In this document: positions 31,121 through 41,141 of the stretch, piece after piece
Layout of the letters: the number at the start of each line of letters is the position of its first letter
How positions within the stretch are numbered: position 1 is the stretch's first letter
Source of the DNA: Caldisericia bacterium
GTDB taxonomy: Bacteria; Caldisericota; Caldisericia; JAAYUI01
Direction of reading: 5' to 3'
DNA length: 64,000 bases
NCBI GenBank assembly: GCA_963674785.1
Contig: OY771555.1
Span: 1-64,000 of the forward strand
The notes under the pieces: generated by a model
What the model was told of the DNA's origin: nothing
What the model saw: only the letters and a program-made list of their open reading frames with translations
Database searches by the model: none
Position numbers and translations under genes: made by a program

Positions 31121-33718
31121 ATGGGGAAGAAAACCAAGCGAATTGTGACATGCCTGTCATCGATGGATTTCGATGCACTTGCAGCAATTGTATGCGCTTG
31201 TAAAATCTACAAAGATATCACTCCAATAAAACCAGGTGTTATTGAAAACCAGGTTGGAAGATTTCTTGGTATATACAAGAATATCATTAGGCTCACAGAA
31301 TTGAACGACATCGACCCGAATGATGTTGAAACTGTTGTAATTGTTGACACAAGGCCATCGAAAAGAATTGATGAATATCTAAGTGTATTTCCAAATCTAA
31401 GAAAATGCATCGTCATTGATCATCACTCAACCACTCCTCAAAAAATGTTTCCGGGACAAATTCTTTATCAAAAACCCATTGGCTCAACAACCACAATGCT
31501 AATGTCAATTATCAAAAAAAGGCGAGTATACATCTCACCACAGGAAGCAACACTCATGCTGATTGGCATATATGAAGACACAGCCTCTCTAATAGCACCA
31601 ACAACAAAACCTTCTGATCTGAAAATCGCTTCACATCTGATGTCCCTTGGCGGAAATCTTCAGGTTGTCAGGAGATTTATTAACTCATCTTTGTCAAAAC
31701 GTGGCAAAGATGTTTTAGGGCTATTCCTGGACACAATCGAAGTTATCCCGATGGGTGGGATTTTGATTGCAATAGCATGTGTCAAATATCCAAAATATGT
31801 TGAGAACCTGGCATTTATAACTCATAAACTCTTTGATTTAGTAGAAGCAGACGCAATTTTTACATCGGCTTCATTTGCAGGGAAAACATACTTTGTCGGA
31901 AGATCACTCGATGAAAGGCTTGTTGATTGCTCAAAAGTTCTTGAACACTTTGGTGGAGGTGGACACAAAACAGCATCTGCAGCAAATATAAAAGGTGAAC
32001 TTCCACCAAAGATAGCATTTTCAAGAATAAAATCAATCTGTGAACAAGAAATCAAGCCACCACCAACAGTATCATCAGTTATGAACTATCCAGTAAAAAC
32101 AGTTACACCAAACGAAACATTCAAAATCGCCAAAGAAAAATTGAAACGATTTGGTCATGGTGGATTACCAGTAGTCAATAATGGAAAACTCATTGGAATT
32201 GTCACAAGACTAGACCTAGATAAGGTGCCTTCCTACATGGAGGATAAACCTGTAAAAAGGTTCATGTCTCCAAGTCCTTCAACAATCGAGGCAAACGCAT
32301 CGATAGTTGAAGCAAGACGAATGATGATGAAAAAGGGCGTTGGAAGGCTACCGGTGATGGAGAAAGAAAAACTTGTTGGAATCATCACCAGAACAGATGT
32401 TCTATCTGCAGATTTCTGGCATAGAGGTCAGGACATAGGTCCATATCCTCTCCCTACAAAACTCGATACAAATCAAACAAAAGAGCTTTATTCCGGACTG
32501 CCGGAAAAATACAAAAACATCCTCAATGAAATCCGTGAGATAGCATTTGGCCTTTCAGTTTCAACATATCTTGTTGGAGGAGCAGTCAGAGATATTGTTC
32601 TGTCAAAAAATCCTGATGATTTAGATATTTTAGTTGAGGGAGATGCGATCAACCTCGCCCAGGCAGTATCAAGGAAGCTTAACGGAAAACTCATCGCTCA
32701 TACAAGGTTTGGCACAGCACAGCTTCACCTCCCAAACTTAAAAATTGACTTTGCATCTGCAAGAGCTGAGTACTACAAAGAACCCGGGCTACATCCAAAC
32801 GTTGTCCACACATCAATCTATGAGGATTTAAAAAGAAGGGACTTCACAATAAATTCCCTGGCGCTCGGACTGACAGGAGATGATGCCTGGAAAATAATTG
32901 ATATTTGTGGAGGGCTTGATGACATTAACCGAAAAGAAATTCGGATTCTGCACAATCTCTCATTTGTTGAAGATCCTACAAGGATTTTAAGGGCAGTCTA
33001 CTATGCCACAAATCTCGGTTTTGAAATTGAAAAAAATACAGAGAGATACGCAAAAGAAGCAATTAGCACAGGACTACTTTCAACCGCAAAAAATGAAAGA
33101 ACCGCTCAAGAACTACTCCGAATCCTTTCACACAAAAATGGGACTGAGATGCTTATCAAACTTAAGACTCTTAAGGGAATCCAAAAAATATTCGACAGAA
33201 TCCCACAGTACTTCTCAAGCCTATTGAATCGAATCGAAAAGATTTATAGGTATTCACTTGAGTTAGGCTTAAAACCTGATCTTGCGAAGCTTAGATTGCT
33301 AGCTCTCACAAAAGAGATGGACGAAACGCATGTTGTTGACGTCTTAACAAGATTAAGAATCCCAAAGAGAATAACCGACCAAACAAAAATAAGCATGGTA
33401 AATGCAACATATCTGAAAAAGGCAATCGCATCTGGTGACAGAATTGAGATTTTCGAGTATATGAAGAATGAGTCTGATGAGACCATTGTTTTTTCTTGTC
33501 TGACATCCAGGCTTCAATCAAGCTTGAATCTTCTTTCGAGGTTGGTTAGAATCAGGGAAGTGAGATTAGAAATCAGTGGAGACGATCTGATCAACATGGG
33601 GCTAAAATCTGGAAAGATGATTGGTTCTGTTTTGGATGTCGTACATAAAGAAAAAATTGCAGGAAGGGTGCACGGAAGGATAGAGGAATTATCCATGGCA
33701 AAAAGGCTTATTAAATGA
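31121..33718 (+). CDS. DHH-DHHA1-CBS fused tRNA nucleotidyltransferase (CCA- or A-adding)
   Basis: DFDA, IDHH, GGGGH, CBS pair, VGGAVRD..L...DLD, RRDFTIN, SFVEDPTRILR. Confidence 0.92.
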   Translation: MGKKTKRIVTCLSSMDFDALAAIVCACKIYKDITPIKPGVIENQVGRFLGIYKNIIRLTELNDIDPNDVETVVIVDTRPSKRIDEYLSVFPNLRKCIVIDHHSTTPQKMFPGQILYQKPIGSTTTMLMSIIKKRRVYISPQEATLMLIGIYEDTASLIAPTTKPSDLKIASHLMSLGGNLQVVRRFINSSLSKRGKDVLGLFLDTIEVIPMGGILIAIACVKYPKYVENLAFITHKLFDLVEADAIFTSASFAGKTYFVGRSLDERLVDCSKVLEHFGGGGHKTASAANIKGELPPKIAFSRIKSICEQEIKPPPTVSSVMNYPVKTVTPNETFKIAKEKLKRFGHGGLPVVNNGKLIGIVTRLDLDKVPSYMEDKPVKRFMSPSPSTIEANASIVEARRMMMKKGVGRLPVMEKEKLVGIITRTDVLSADFWHRGQDIGPYPLPTKLDTNQTKELYSGLPEKYKNILNEIREIAFGLSVSTYLVGGAVRDIVLSKNPDDLDILVEGDAINLAQAVSRKLNGKLIAHTRFGTAQLHLPNLKIDFASARAEYYKEPGLHPNVVHTSIYEDLKRRDFTINSLALGLTGDDAWKIIDICGGLDDINRKEIRILHNLSFVEDPTRILRAVYYATNLGFEIEKNTERYAKEAISTGLLSTAKNERTAQELLRILSHKNGTEMLIKLKTLKGIQKIFDRIPQYFSSLLNRIEKIYRYSLELGLKPDLAKLRLLALTKEMDETHVVDVLTRLRIPKRITDQTKISMVNATYLKKAIASGDRIEIFEYMKNESDETIVFSCLTSRLQSSLNLLSRLVRIREVRLEISGDDLINMGLKSGKMIGSVLDVVHKEKIAGRVHGRIEELSMAKRLIK

Positions 33719-34401
33719 GTATTTTCTCGACAATCTTCACTTGGATTGTCTACATTCTTTTGTATCTCGTGTCAATCCATATTCCAAGCTTTGTCAAAGC
33801 AAATCTTGCTTATCATTTATTCGGCGATTCGACTCCAAAGGTAAACGGAAGGATGACCTGGTGGAATCCAATCCCAAATCTCGACTGGATCGGCACTTTA
33901 TCAATATTCTTCCTTTATGTTTCTTGGGCGAAACCGATGGATGTTAGCTGGAATAATCTTAAAAATCCAAAACTGACAAACACATATACAGAACTGGCTG
34001 ACTGTTTTACAAGCTTTGCATTAGGGATGATTGCCTGTTTATTTCATCTGGTACTCTCAAAACTCCAACTTGCTCTGAATCTTGACCTTAGATTCCTGAT
34101 GACTCTCATAGACATGTTCGCATCATTCAATATTTTTCTGTTCCTACTTAAACTACTCCCCCTTCCACAATTTCCCGGATTCAGAATCCTAACTGGCCTT
34201 TTCTACCACAAGCCTCAGGGAGTCTTTGATTCACTCTCATTGACACTCATGGGGACTGTAATTTTGATAATTCTTTTGATATGGACACCACTTCCTCAGT
34301 TTCTGGGGCAGATAACTAGCTCAATCCTGAAACCATTCGCAGTTTCGAGTTCAACATATCTGCAGTGGTTGGACAAAATCCCTGGAATCGGAGGACTATA
34401 A
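33715..34401 (+). CDS. Site-2 protease (M50)-like membrane protein lacking HExxH
   Basis: AYHLFGDSTPKVNGRMTWWNPIPNLDWIG and WAKP match the M50 YwhC-like pattern; usual position upstream of trpS. Confidence 0.75.
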   Translation: MSIFSTIFTWIVYILLYLVSIHIPSFVKANLAYHLFGDSTPKVNGRMTWWNPIPNLDWIGTLSIFFLYVSWAKPMDVSWNNLKNPKLTNTYTELADCFTSFALGMIACLFHLVLSKLQLALNLDLRFLMTLIDMFASFNIFLFLLKLLPLPQFPGFRILTGLFYHKPQGVFDSLSLTLMGTVILIILLIWTPLPQFLGQITSSILKPFAVSSSTYLQWLDKIPGIGGL

Positions 34402-34407
34402 CTCATC

Positions 34408-35391
34408 ATGCCAAGAATAGTTTCTGGAATGCGATCTACTGGACAAATGCATATTGCTCATTACTTATCGGTATTAAAATCATACAAAGAGATGCAGGAG
34501 AAAAATGACTGTTATTTCTTTTTTGCAGACCTTCATGTTTTGACAACAGGTGCTGAAAAAACAGCAGAAATCAAGAACAATACTCTTCAACTTGCTGTCG
34601 ATTGGCTCTCATCTGGAATCGATCCTGAAAAGGCAACCGTCTTTATTCAGTCACAGGTTCCAGGACACTACCAGCTTTACCTACTTCTTTCGATGATTAC
34701 CCCAAAAGGATGGCTTGAAAGAAACCCAACCGTGAAGGATATGATCAGAGACTATAACCTACAGGATAGTGTTGGTCATGGTCTTCTTGGTTATCCAGTT
34801 CTTCAGGCATCAGATATCCTTCTTTACAAAGGTGAAATGGTTCCAATTGGAAAAGACCAGAGACCTCACCTTGAGATAACAAGAGAGATTGCAAGAAGAT
34901 TCAATGGAATCTTTGGTGAAACTTTCCCAGAACCAAAGGAGTACTTAAGAGAGTATCCACTAATTAAGGGAACCGATGGTCAGAAGATGAGCAAAAGTCT
35001 GGATAATGCAATCTATCTATCAGATGATGAAAAAACAATTGGAAAGAAAGTTTCAAGAATGGTAACAGACCCCGAAAAGATCAGACGTGATGACCCAGGT
35101 CATCCAGAGGTTTGCTCAGTTTATGAGTTCCATTCAGTCATTGGTGATCCAGAAAAAGAGGCAAGAACAACAGATTGCAAATCAGGTGATTTGGGCTGCG
35201 TTACATGCAAAAAAGGGTTATCTGCAAAACTCAATGATATCATTGCCCCAATAAGGGAAAAGCGGGAAGCACTCCTTGAAAAACCAGCCAATGTTTGGGA
35301 AATACTCGCTGAGGGTAACAAAAAAGCAAATATCACCGCAAAAGAAGTCTGGGGTGAAATTGAGGAAAAAGTTGGACTCAAATACTACTGA
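34408..35391 (+). CDS. trpS: Tryptophan--tRNA ligase
   Basis: SGMRSTGQMHIAH, ADLH, YPVLQASDIL, VPIGKDQ, KMSKS. Confidence 0.97.
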   Translation: MPRIVSGMRSTGQMHIAHYLSVLKSYKEMQEKNDCYFFFADLHVLTTGAEKTAEIKNNTLQLAVDWLSSGIDPEKATVFIQSQVPGHYQLYLLLSMITPKGWLERNPTVKDMIRDYNLQDSVGHGLLGYPVLQASDILLYKGEMVPIGKDQRPHLEITREIARRFNGIFGETFPEPKEYLREYPLIKGTDGQKMSKSLDNAIYLSDDEKTIGKKVSRMVTDPEKIRRDDPGHPEVCSVYEFHSVIGDPEKEARTTDCKSGDLGCVTCKKGLSAKLNDIIAPIREKREALLEKPANVWEILAEGNKKANITAKEVWGEIEEKVGLKYY

Positions 35392-36124
35392 TCAAAAAAA
35401 GAACGAGATAATAAAAACTTCATCTGCTCATCTTGGAACAGTCAACCCAGATTCTCTTGCCCAAATTGCAAGATTTGCTCGAAGCGGTAAAATTTCTCCC
35501 TACAGAATCAAGCTTCATGCAATCAGTGGAAAACTGAATTCAGTGATTATTGATAGCGATGAAATCTCACCAGTTCATCTCGAATCAATGGTTAGAGTAT
35601 CAGACTTATTACTCATGAAAGCGGAATTTGTTGCAAATGGTGGAAGTTTTCCAGTTCGTGAGAAGAAATCTGTTTTTGATGAAAATGAAGACAAAAAGCT
35701 TGAGGATAATTTCCAAACACTCAAGATGCTCACAAACCTTATTGAAAGAAATCTTCATGAGATCTCTGCAAGTTACCCAAGACCCAACCCACCAATTCTA
35801 GTAAAAGATGAACTCAAGATGCCAAATTCCAAAAGGCTACTTAAGATCATCGAAAAAATGATGGGTACCGAGGAAGCAAAAGAAAAAGGCGAAAGTATGC
35901 TGGTCGTCAGGAGAAAAACACTTGACATCAAATCAGCAATGAGAGAAATATTAGAAAGATTGAAAGAAGGGGTTCAAGTCCTTTTTGATATGTTGATTAA
36001 ACCTGGAGCAACAAGATTTGACGTAATTGCATCACTTCTTGCACTTCTCGAACTTGTAAAAAGAAGACAGGTCGACATCTATCAAAATGACGTATTTGGT
36101 CCCATATTGATTGAAAAAAGATGA
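35372..36124 (+). CDS. scpA: Segregation/condensation protein A (diverged)
   Basis: LLLMKA; C-terminal winged helix VIASLLALLELVKRRQVDIYQNDVFGPILI. TTG 35372 has a GAGGA SD. Confidence 0.85.
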   Translation: MDSNTTDQKKNEIIKTSSAHLGTVNPDSLAQIARFARSGKISPYRIKLHAISGKLNSVIIDSDEISPVHLESMVRVSDLLLMKAEFVANGGSFPVREKKSVFDENEDKKLEDNFQTLKMLTNLIERNLHEISASYPRPNPPILVKDELKMPNSKRLLKIIEKMMGTEEAKEKGESMLVVRRKTLDIKSAMREILERLKEGVQVLFDMLIKPGATRFDVIASLLALLELVKRRQVDIYQNDVFGPILIEKR

Positions 36125-36777
36125 ATCTAGAAAATGCAATTGAAGCGGTTTTGTTCGTATCGCCAAAACCATTAACATTCCATAGAATAGCCAAACTCGT
36201 TGAGTGTAATCCCCATGAAGTCACAGAAACTCTCAACATCCTCGCTGAAAAATTTATCGACAGGGGAATTGTGCTGAGAGTTAAAGACAACAAAGCTCAG
36301 CTCCTCTCGCATCCTGATTTTGAGGAGATGGTAAAACCCCTCAGAACACATGTTGCAAACCGAAGAATGACAAAAGCTGCTGTCGAGACACTTGCAATCA
36401 TAACGTCAAAAGGTGAGGCAACAAAAGCAGAGGTAACTAAATATCGTGGTTCAGTCTCAGATAACACAATCGATGGACTTGTTGCCAAAGGACTTCTTGA
36501 AAGATTTGAAAAACCAACAGCGGGAAAACGTGTTCTTGTCTACTTTAAAGTAACAGAGAAATTTAGGAAAATGGCTGGTCTGACGGATGTTACAGAACTA
36601 AAAACAAAGTTTGCATCACTTGTTGATGAACCTGCTGACCTTTTTTCAGAGTTTGACAAACAGCTTGAAAATGATGAATCAGAGGAAATGGAAGAGCTCG
36701 AGTTATCAGATGAAAACGAGGAAGATTCAGATTTTGAATGCAACCAAATAAGTTCGTTGGAAGAAGAAACTGAGTAG
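36121..36777 (+). CDS. scpB: Segregation/condensation protein B
   Basis: IEAVLFVSPKPL, AAVETLAII, acidic tail; ATGA overlap with scpA. Confidence 0.9.
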   Translation: MNLENAIEAVLFVSPKPLTFHRIAKLVECNPHEVTETLNILAEKFIDRGIVLRVKDNKAQLLSHPDFEEMVKPLRTHVANRRMTKAAVETLAIITSKGEATKAEVTKYRGSVSDNTIDGLVAKGLLERFEKPTAGKRVLVYFKVTEKFRKMAGLTDVTELKTKFASLVDEPADLFSEFDKQLENDESEEMEELELSDENEEDSDFECNQISSLEEETE

Positions 36778-36866
36778 GTTTTATCACAATTTTTTTGATT
36801 TAAACGTATAAAAATTATCCAACATAGCGGAAAACCATACACATTAATTCACGTATTTAATCGTTT

Positions 36867-36895
36867 TTGCATTTGCCAGACACCCTCCATAAAAT
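36867..36895 (+). promoter_or_regulatory. Sigma70 promoter for the GNAT array
   Basis: TTGCAT-N17-TAAAAT, then GGAGG at 36902-36906. Confidence 0.6.
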
Positions 36896-36911
36896 GAACA
36901 TGGAGGATATG

Positions 36912-37976
36912 ATGGATAAGAGAGTAATGCTCAATAAATACACCATTTTTGAAATAAATCGACAGAACATGAGTGATTCTGAAATAAATGATATATACAC
37001 CTCTTCTCTTGAGGAATGGAGAGAGGAAAACCCAATGTTTCCAAAACCAGCTTTTGAAGAAGTAAAAAGTGATTTCCTCAAAACTGATGATTCATATGTT
37101 GATTTAGATTTTCTCATCAAAGATAATAGCAATCTTGTTGCAACTGCTTCGGTCTTTTTACATAACCCAAACTCAGACGCCCCGTCTGAAAAAAAGGAAA
37201 AGGCATGGGTCAGAATGAGAGTTTTCCCTGACCACAGAAACAAAGGGATAGGTACTGAGATTTTAAAATTTCTGATAAATAAAACCAAACAGTACCCCTT
37301 AAGAAGCTTTTCAGCAGCAACCGGTCTTGAACCAGGATATAGATTCTGCGAGAAGTTTGGAGGAGATGTTATAAAAAAATCCGTAGAAAGCTACTTGGAT
37401 TTAGAAAAAGTTGATGTCACAAAGATTGAAAAGTTAAGCTCTGAAATCACCACAAAAAACCAAGACGTGAAAATAGAAACAGTCGACAATCTAACAATTG
37501 GTGGCGTCGAAGAATATATAAGGTTGTTTGCCGAGTTTGATGAAGAAACCTCAAAATACAATAAGGATGCAAATTTTGATAAAGATTCCTGCATAGAAAA
37601 TGGAATTAAATCTGCAAAAAAAGACATCTCAATTGGTTACAAAAAAACTGTCACATATGTAAGGGATTCGAATGGAAGAGCTGTAGGAATGTCAACTTTC
37701 CTAATTACCCCCGAATCAAAAGAAATCGCTCAACAACTCATGACTGGAGTACTAAAAGATTATCGAAGAAGAGGCTTGTGTAGGTTACTCAAATCAAGAT
37801 CAATAATCAGACTGAAAGAGTTATATCCAAATATCAAATTAATCAAGACCGTAAATGACGAAGAAAATTCATCGATGAGGAAAATCAATGAGAGTCTTGG
37901 TTTCCAGCAATTGCCGGTTTACAAGGCATACACATTTGAGTTGAATAAACTCAAAGAAAGATTACAAATAAAATGA
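36912..37976 (+). CDS. Double-GNAT acetyltransferase, array copy 1
   Basis: HRNKGIG and TGVLKDYRRRGL...TVNDEENSSMRKINESLGF. Confidence 0.88.
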   Translation: MDKRVMLNKYTIFEINRQNMSDSEINDIYTSSLEEWREENPMFPKPAFEEVKSDFLKTDDSYVDLDFLIKDNSNLVATASVFLHNPNSDAPSEKKEKAWVRMRVFPDHRNKGIGTEILKFLINKTKQYPLRSFSAATGLEPGYRFCEKFGGDVIKKSVESYLDLEKVDVTKIEKLSSEITTKNQDVKIETVDNLTIGGVEEYIRLFAEFDEETSKYNKDANFDKDSCIENGIKSAKKDISIGYKKTVTYVRDSNGRAVGMSTFLITPESKEIAQQLMTGVLKDYRRRGLCRLLKSRSIIRLKELYPNIKLIKTVNDEENSSMRKINESLGFQQLPVYKAYTFELNKLKERLQIK

Positions 37977-39043
37977 AGATATTGAATAAATACACACTTA
38001 CAGAAATTGATTACAAAAATCCAACTGAAAAAGAACTGAATGAGATATTCAACTTTTACATTGAGCAATGGAATGAGGAGAATCCAGGGCTTCCTGACCC
38101 AACTTTTGAAAAATTCAAATATGATTTTAAATATTCAAGAGAAAACGAACAAAAATATAAATTTCTCTTGCATGATGCAAATGGGAAACTAATTGCGAGA
38201 TCAGAAATAAAGCTTCTTAAGCATGACTGTGACGCCCCGCAAGCTAAAAAAGATGATGCATCATTTAAAATCAGAATAGATGAGAAGTTCAGAAGAAAAG
38301 GTGTTGTAAGAGAACTCCTTTTAAGCTCGATAAACAAAATCCAAGGTTTAGGTATCAAAAAAATTAACACATACTCTAACCTTGAATCAGGTCAGTCATT
38401 TTGTGAAAAGCTAGATGGAAAGATTACTGCAAGAGGATTTATAAGTTATCTTGATATTGAAAAAAATGATTGGAAAAAAACTCAGAAACTCTTTGATGAA
38501 ATCAAATCAAAGAATCCAGATATTAGAGTTGAGACACACCTTGAGCTAAAAGAAGAGGACATTCCAGGATTTGTTAAAATTGATACAGTTTTCATGGAAG
38601 AAATCTCAAAATACTCAGAAGAAAGCAATTTTGACAAGGACTTTACCATAAGAGAATCAACAAAGTATATCAAAGAAGGGCTCAAAAAGGGACAAAAACA
38701 CATATATACATATTTAAGGAACCGAAATGATGAGATAATTGGACTTTCCGACCTCATAATTGACCCTAAAAGCCCTCTCAGAATCTTTCAAGGTATGACC
38801 GGAATAACGAAAGATTATCGAGGAAGAGGTTTAGCAAAACTGGTAAAAGCAGGCACTCTTCTCAGGCTCAAGGATAATCATATACCTGGATCGGTTATCA
38901 CAACATACAATGACGAAGATAATACTGTGATGAGAAAGATAAATGAGAGTATTGGATTTAAATCTATTCCGATTTGGAAAAAATATACTTTCGGATTACA
39001 AGAACTAAGGGAGAAGTTACGTGAAAGAACGCAAGATGAATGA
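37973..39043 (+). CDS. Double-GNAT acetyltransferase, array copy 2
   Basis: FRRKGVV and TGITKDYRGRGLA...NDEDNTVMRKINESIGF. Confidence 0.88.
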   Translation: MKILNKYTLTEIDYKNPTEKELNEIFNFYIEQWNEENPGLPDPTFEKFKYDFKYSRENEQKYKFLLHDANGKLIARSEIKLLKHDCDAPQAKKDDASFKIRIDEKFRRKGVVRELLLSSINKIQGLGIKKINTYSNLESGQSFCEKLDGKITARGFISYLDIEKNDWKKTQKLFDEIKSKNPDIRVETHLELKEEDIPGFVKIDTVFMEEISKYSEESNFDKDFTIRESTKYIKEGLKKGQKHIYTYLRNRNDEIIGLSDLIIDPKSPLRIFQGMTGITKDYRGRGLAKLVKAGTLLRLKDNHIPGSVITTYNDEDNTVMRKINESIGFKSIPIWKKYTFGLQELREKLRERTQDE

Positions 39044-40091
39044 TGGTTACCAGATAATTGAAATTGATAATAACAAGGTCTCTGAAAATGAATTGCTGGA
39101 TATATATGAGTTTTCTCTTGATAGATGGAGAGAATCGTATCAGATGCTTCCCAAACCAACATTTGAATCTTTCAGCTACCATTTCAAAAAGAAGTATCCG
39201 AATGAAATTGACCACAACTACATAATCAAAAACCATGATGCCAGGATTATTGGGAGTGCGTGTCTTTCATTATCGAAACCTGAGTCAGAAGAACCCGAAT
39301 CGATTAAGAAAATCGCAGGTATTCAGTTGAGGATCACCAAATTTGAGCGAGGAAAAGGGATTGGAACTGAGGCACTAAAAGTAATCCTTGAAAAGACAAA
39401 AAATAGTGGAATAGAGAAAGTAAGTATGAATGCAACACTTGATTGTGGTCACAAGTTTTGTCTTCATCTTGGTGGAAAGGTCGCTGATACCAGCTATCTA
39501 AACTATCTCGGTCTCAAAAACACAAATTGGACAGAGATTCAAGAGATTAACCAAAACACAAAAAACAAAAATAGTGAAATCACACTTGAAACTTTCACAA
39601 AATTGAATCAATCAAACACTGAAGAATACATAAGACAGAATGCAAAATATGTAAAGGAGATATCCAAGTATTCTGATGACTGGGAATTTGATGAAGATTA
39701 TTATATAAATGAATCTAGGGAAAATATTAGGAATTGTATCCAAAGGGGAGTAAAAGGAGTTTTCACATACGCCCGAGACCCAAGTCAAAGAATCATCGGA
39801 ATATCCGTTGTAAAATGTGACCCATTGGAGCCTCAGGAAGTATACACAGTTATTACTGGTGTCGATAAAGACTTTAGAAGAAGGGGGCTATGTAAACTCA
39901 TGAAAACTGAGCTTCTTCTCTATATAAAGAAAAATCGCCCGGAGTATTCTGTTATGACAACGGCAAATAATGAAGAAAATACAGTCATGCGAAGAATAAA
40001 CGAAGAGCTTGGGTTTAAGCAGCTTCCTGTTTGGAAAAGATATTCGTTTGATCTTAACAAACTGAAAGAACAATTAAATGAAAATCTATAA
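39036..40091 (+). CDS. Double-GNAT acetyltransferase, array copy 3
   Basis: ERGKGIG and TGVDKDFRRRGL...NNEENTVMRRINEELGF. Confidence 0.88.
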   Translation: MNDGYQIIEIDNNKVSENELLDIYEFSLDRWRESYQMLPKPTFESFSYHFKKKYPNEIDHNYIIKNHDARIIGSACLSLSKPESEEPESIKKIAGIQLRITKFERGKGIGTEALKVILEKTKNSGIEKVSMNATLDCGHKFCLHLGGKVADTSYLNYLGLKNTNWTEIQEINQNTKNKNSEITLETFTKLNQSNTEEYIRQNAKYVKEISKYSDDWEFDEDYYINESRENIRNCIQRGVKGVFTYARDPSQRIIGISVVKCDPLEPQEVYTVITGVDKDFRRRGLCKLMKTELLLYIKKNRPEYSVMTTANNEENTVMRRINEELGFKQLPVWKRYSFDLNKLKEQLNENL

Positions 40092-41139
40092 GATACCAGA
40101 TGGATTCAAGATAATTGAGTTGAATAACGAGAATATAACCGAAAACGAGTTAGCTGAATTGTTTGAGCTTTCACTTGATAAATGGCGAGAATCATATCAT
40201 ATGCTTCCAAAACCAACATTTGAGTACTTCAAATATCAATTCAAAAAGAAGTATCCTTTCTATAAGATTTTCAATTTTGTAATCAAAAATAATCAAAATG
40301 AGGTAATTGGAAGTTCATATATAAGAATTACTCCACCCGACTCAGATGCACCAGATTCCGAAAAGAAACGTGCAAATGCAATGATTCGATTAAAGAAAAA
40401 GTATCGAAGGAGGGGTATCGGAAAAGCATGTCTTTTAAAACTCTTAGAAACGATTGATGGACTTGGTATTGAAAAAATAACTATGGGCACACCTGTTGAT
40501 TGCGGACAAAAATTTTGTCAACATTTCGGTGGAGAAATAACTGATAAAAGCGTTACCAACTATTTAGATTTGAAAACTGCAAACTGGTCAGAAATTCAAA
40601 GAATTAACTCAAACATAAAGGATGATAACGACGGAATTTCTTTAGAAATTATTGACAAACTAACTGAAGGAAACATTGAAGAATACATCAGACAAACCGC
40701 AAAGTATTTAAAGGAAGTCTCAGAGTATTCAAACGATTGGGAATTTGATGAGGATTTCTTTATCAAAGAATCTAGAATAAATATTCCAGACAGCATAAAA
40801 GGGGGGGTTAAAAGGATTATCACCTATGCATGGTCTGAACAAAAAATTGTTGGCATATCAGTTTTGAGAAGCGATCCATTTGAACCAAAAGAGGTCTATA
40901 CAGTTATTTCTGGAGTAGATAAGAATCAGCGGAAAAGAGGAATTTGCAAGCTCATGAAAACTGAACTGCTTCTTCATGTCAAGAAAAATTATCCAGAGCA
41001 CTCTGTTGTGACCACTTCAAACGATGAAGAAAATTCAGCCATAAGAACAACAAACAAGAGGCTTGGATTCAAAGAGTTACCAGTTTGGAAAGCATATTCC
41101 TTCAAAATAGAAAACCTGAAATCTAGATTAGAGGAATAA
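40078..41139 (+). CDS. Double-GNAT acetyltransferase, array copy 4
   Basis: YRRRGIG and SGVDKNQRKRGI...NDEENSAIRTTNKRLGF. Confidence 0.88.
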   Translation: MKIYKIPDGFKIIELNNENITENELAELFELSLDKWRESYHMLPKPTFEYFKYQFKKKYPFYKIFNFVIKNNQNEVIGSSYIRITPPDSDAPDSEKKRANAMIRLKKKYRRRGIGKACLLKLLETIDGLGIEKITMGTPVDCGQKFCQHFGGEITDKSVTNYLDLKTANWSEIQRINSNIKDDNDGISLEIIDKLTEGNIEEYIRQTAKYLKEVSEYSNDWEFDEDFFIKESRINIPDSIKGGVKRIITYAWSEQKIVGISVLRSDPFEPKEVYTVISGVDKNQRKRGICKLMKTELLLHVKKNYPEHSVVTTSNDEENSAIRTTNKRLGFKELPVWKAYSFKIENLKSRLEE

Positions 41140-41141
41140 GA

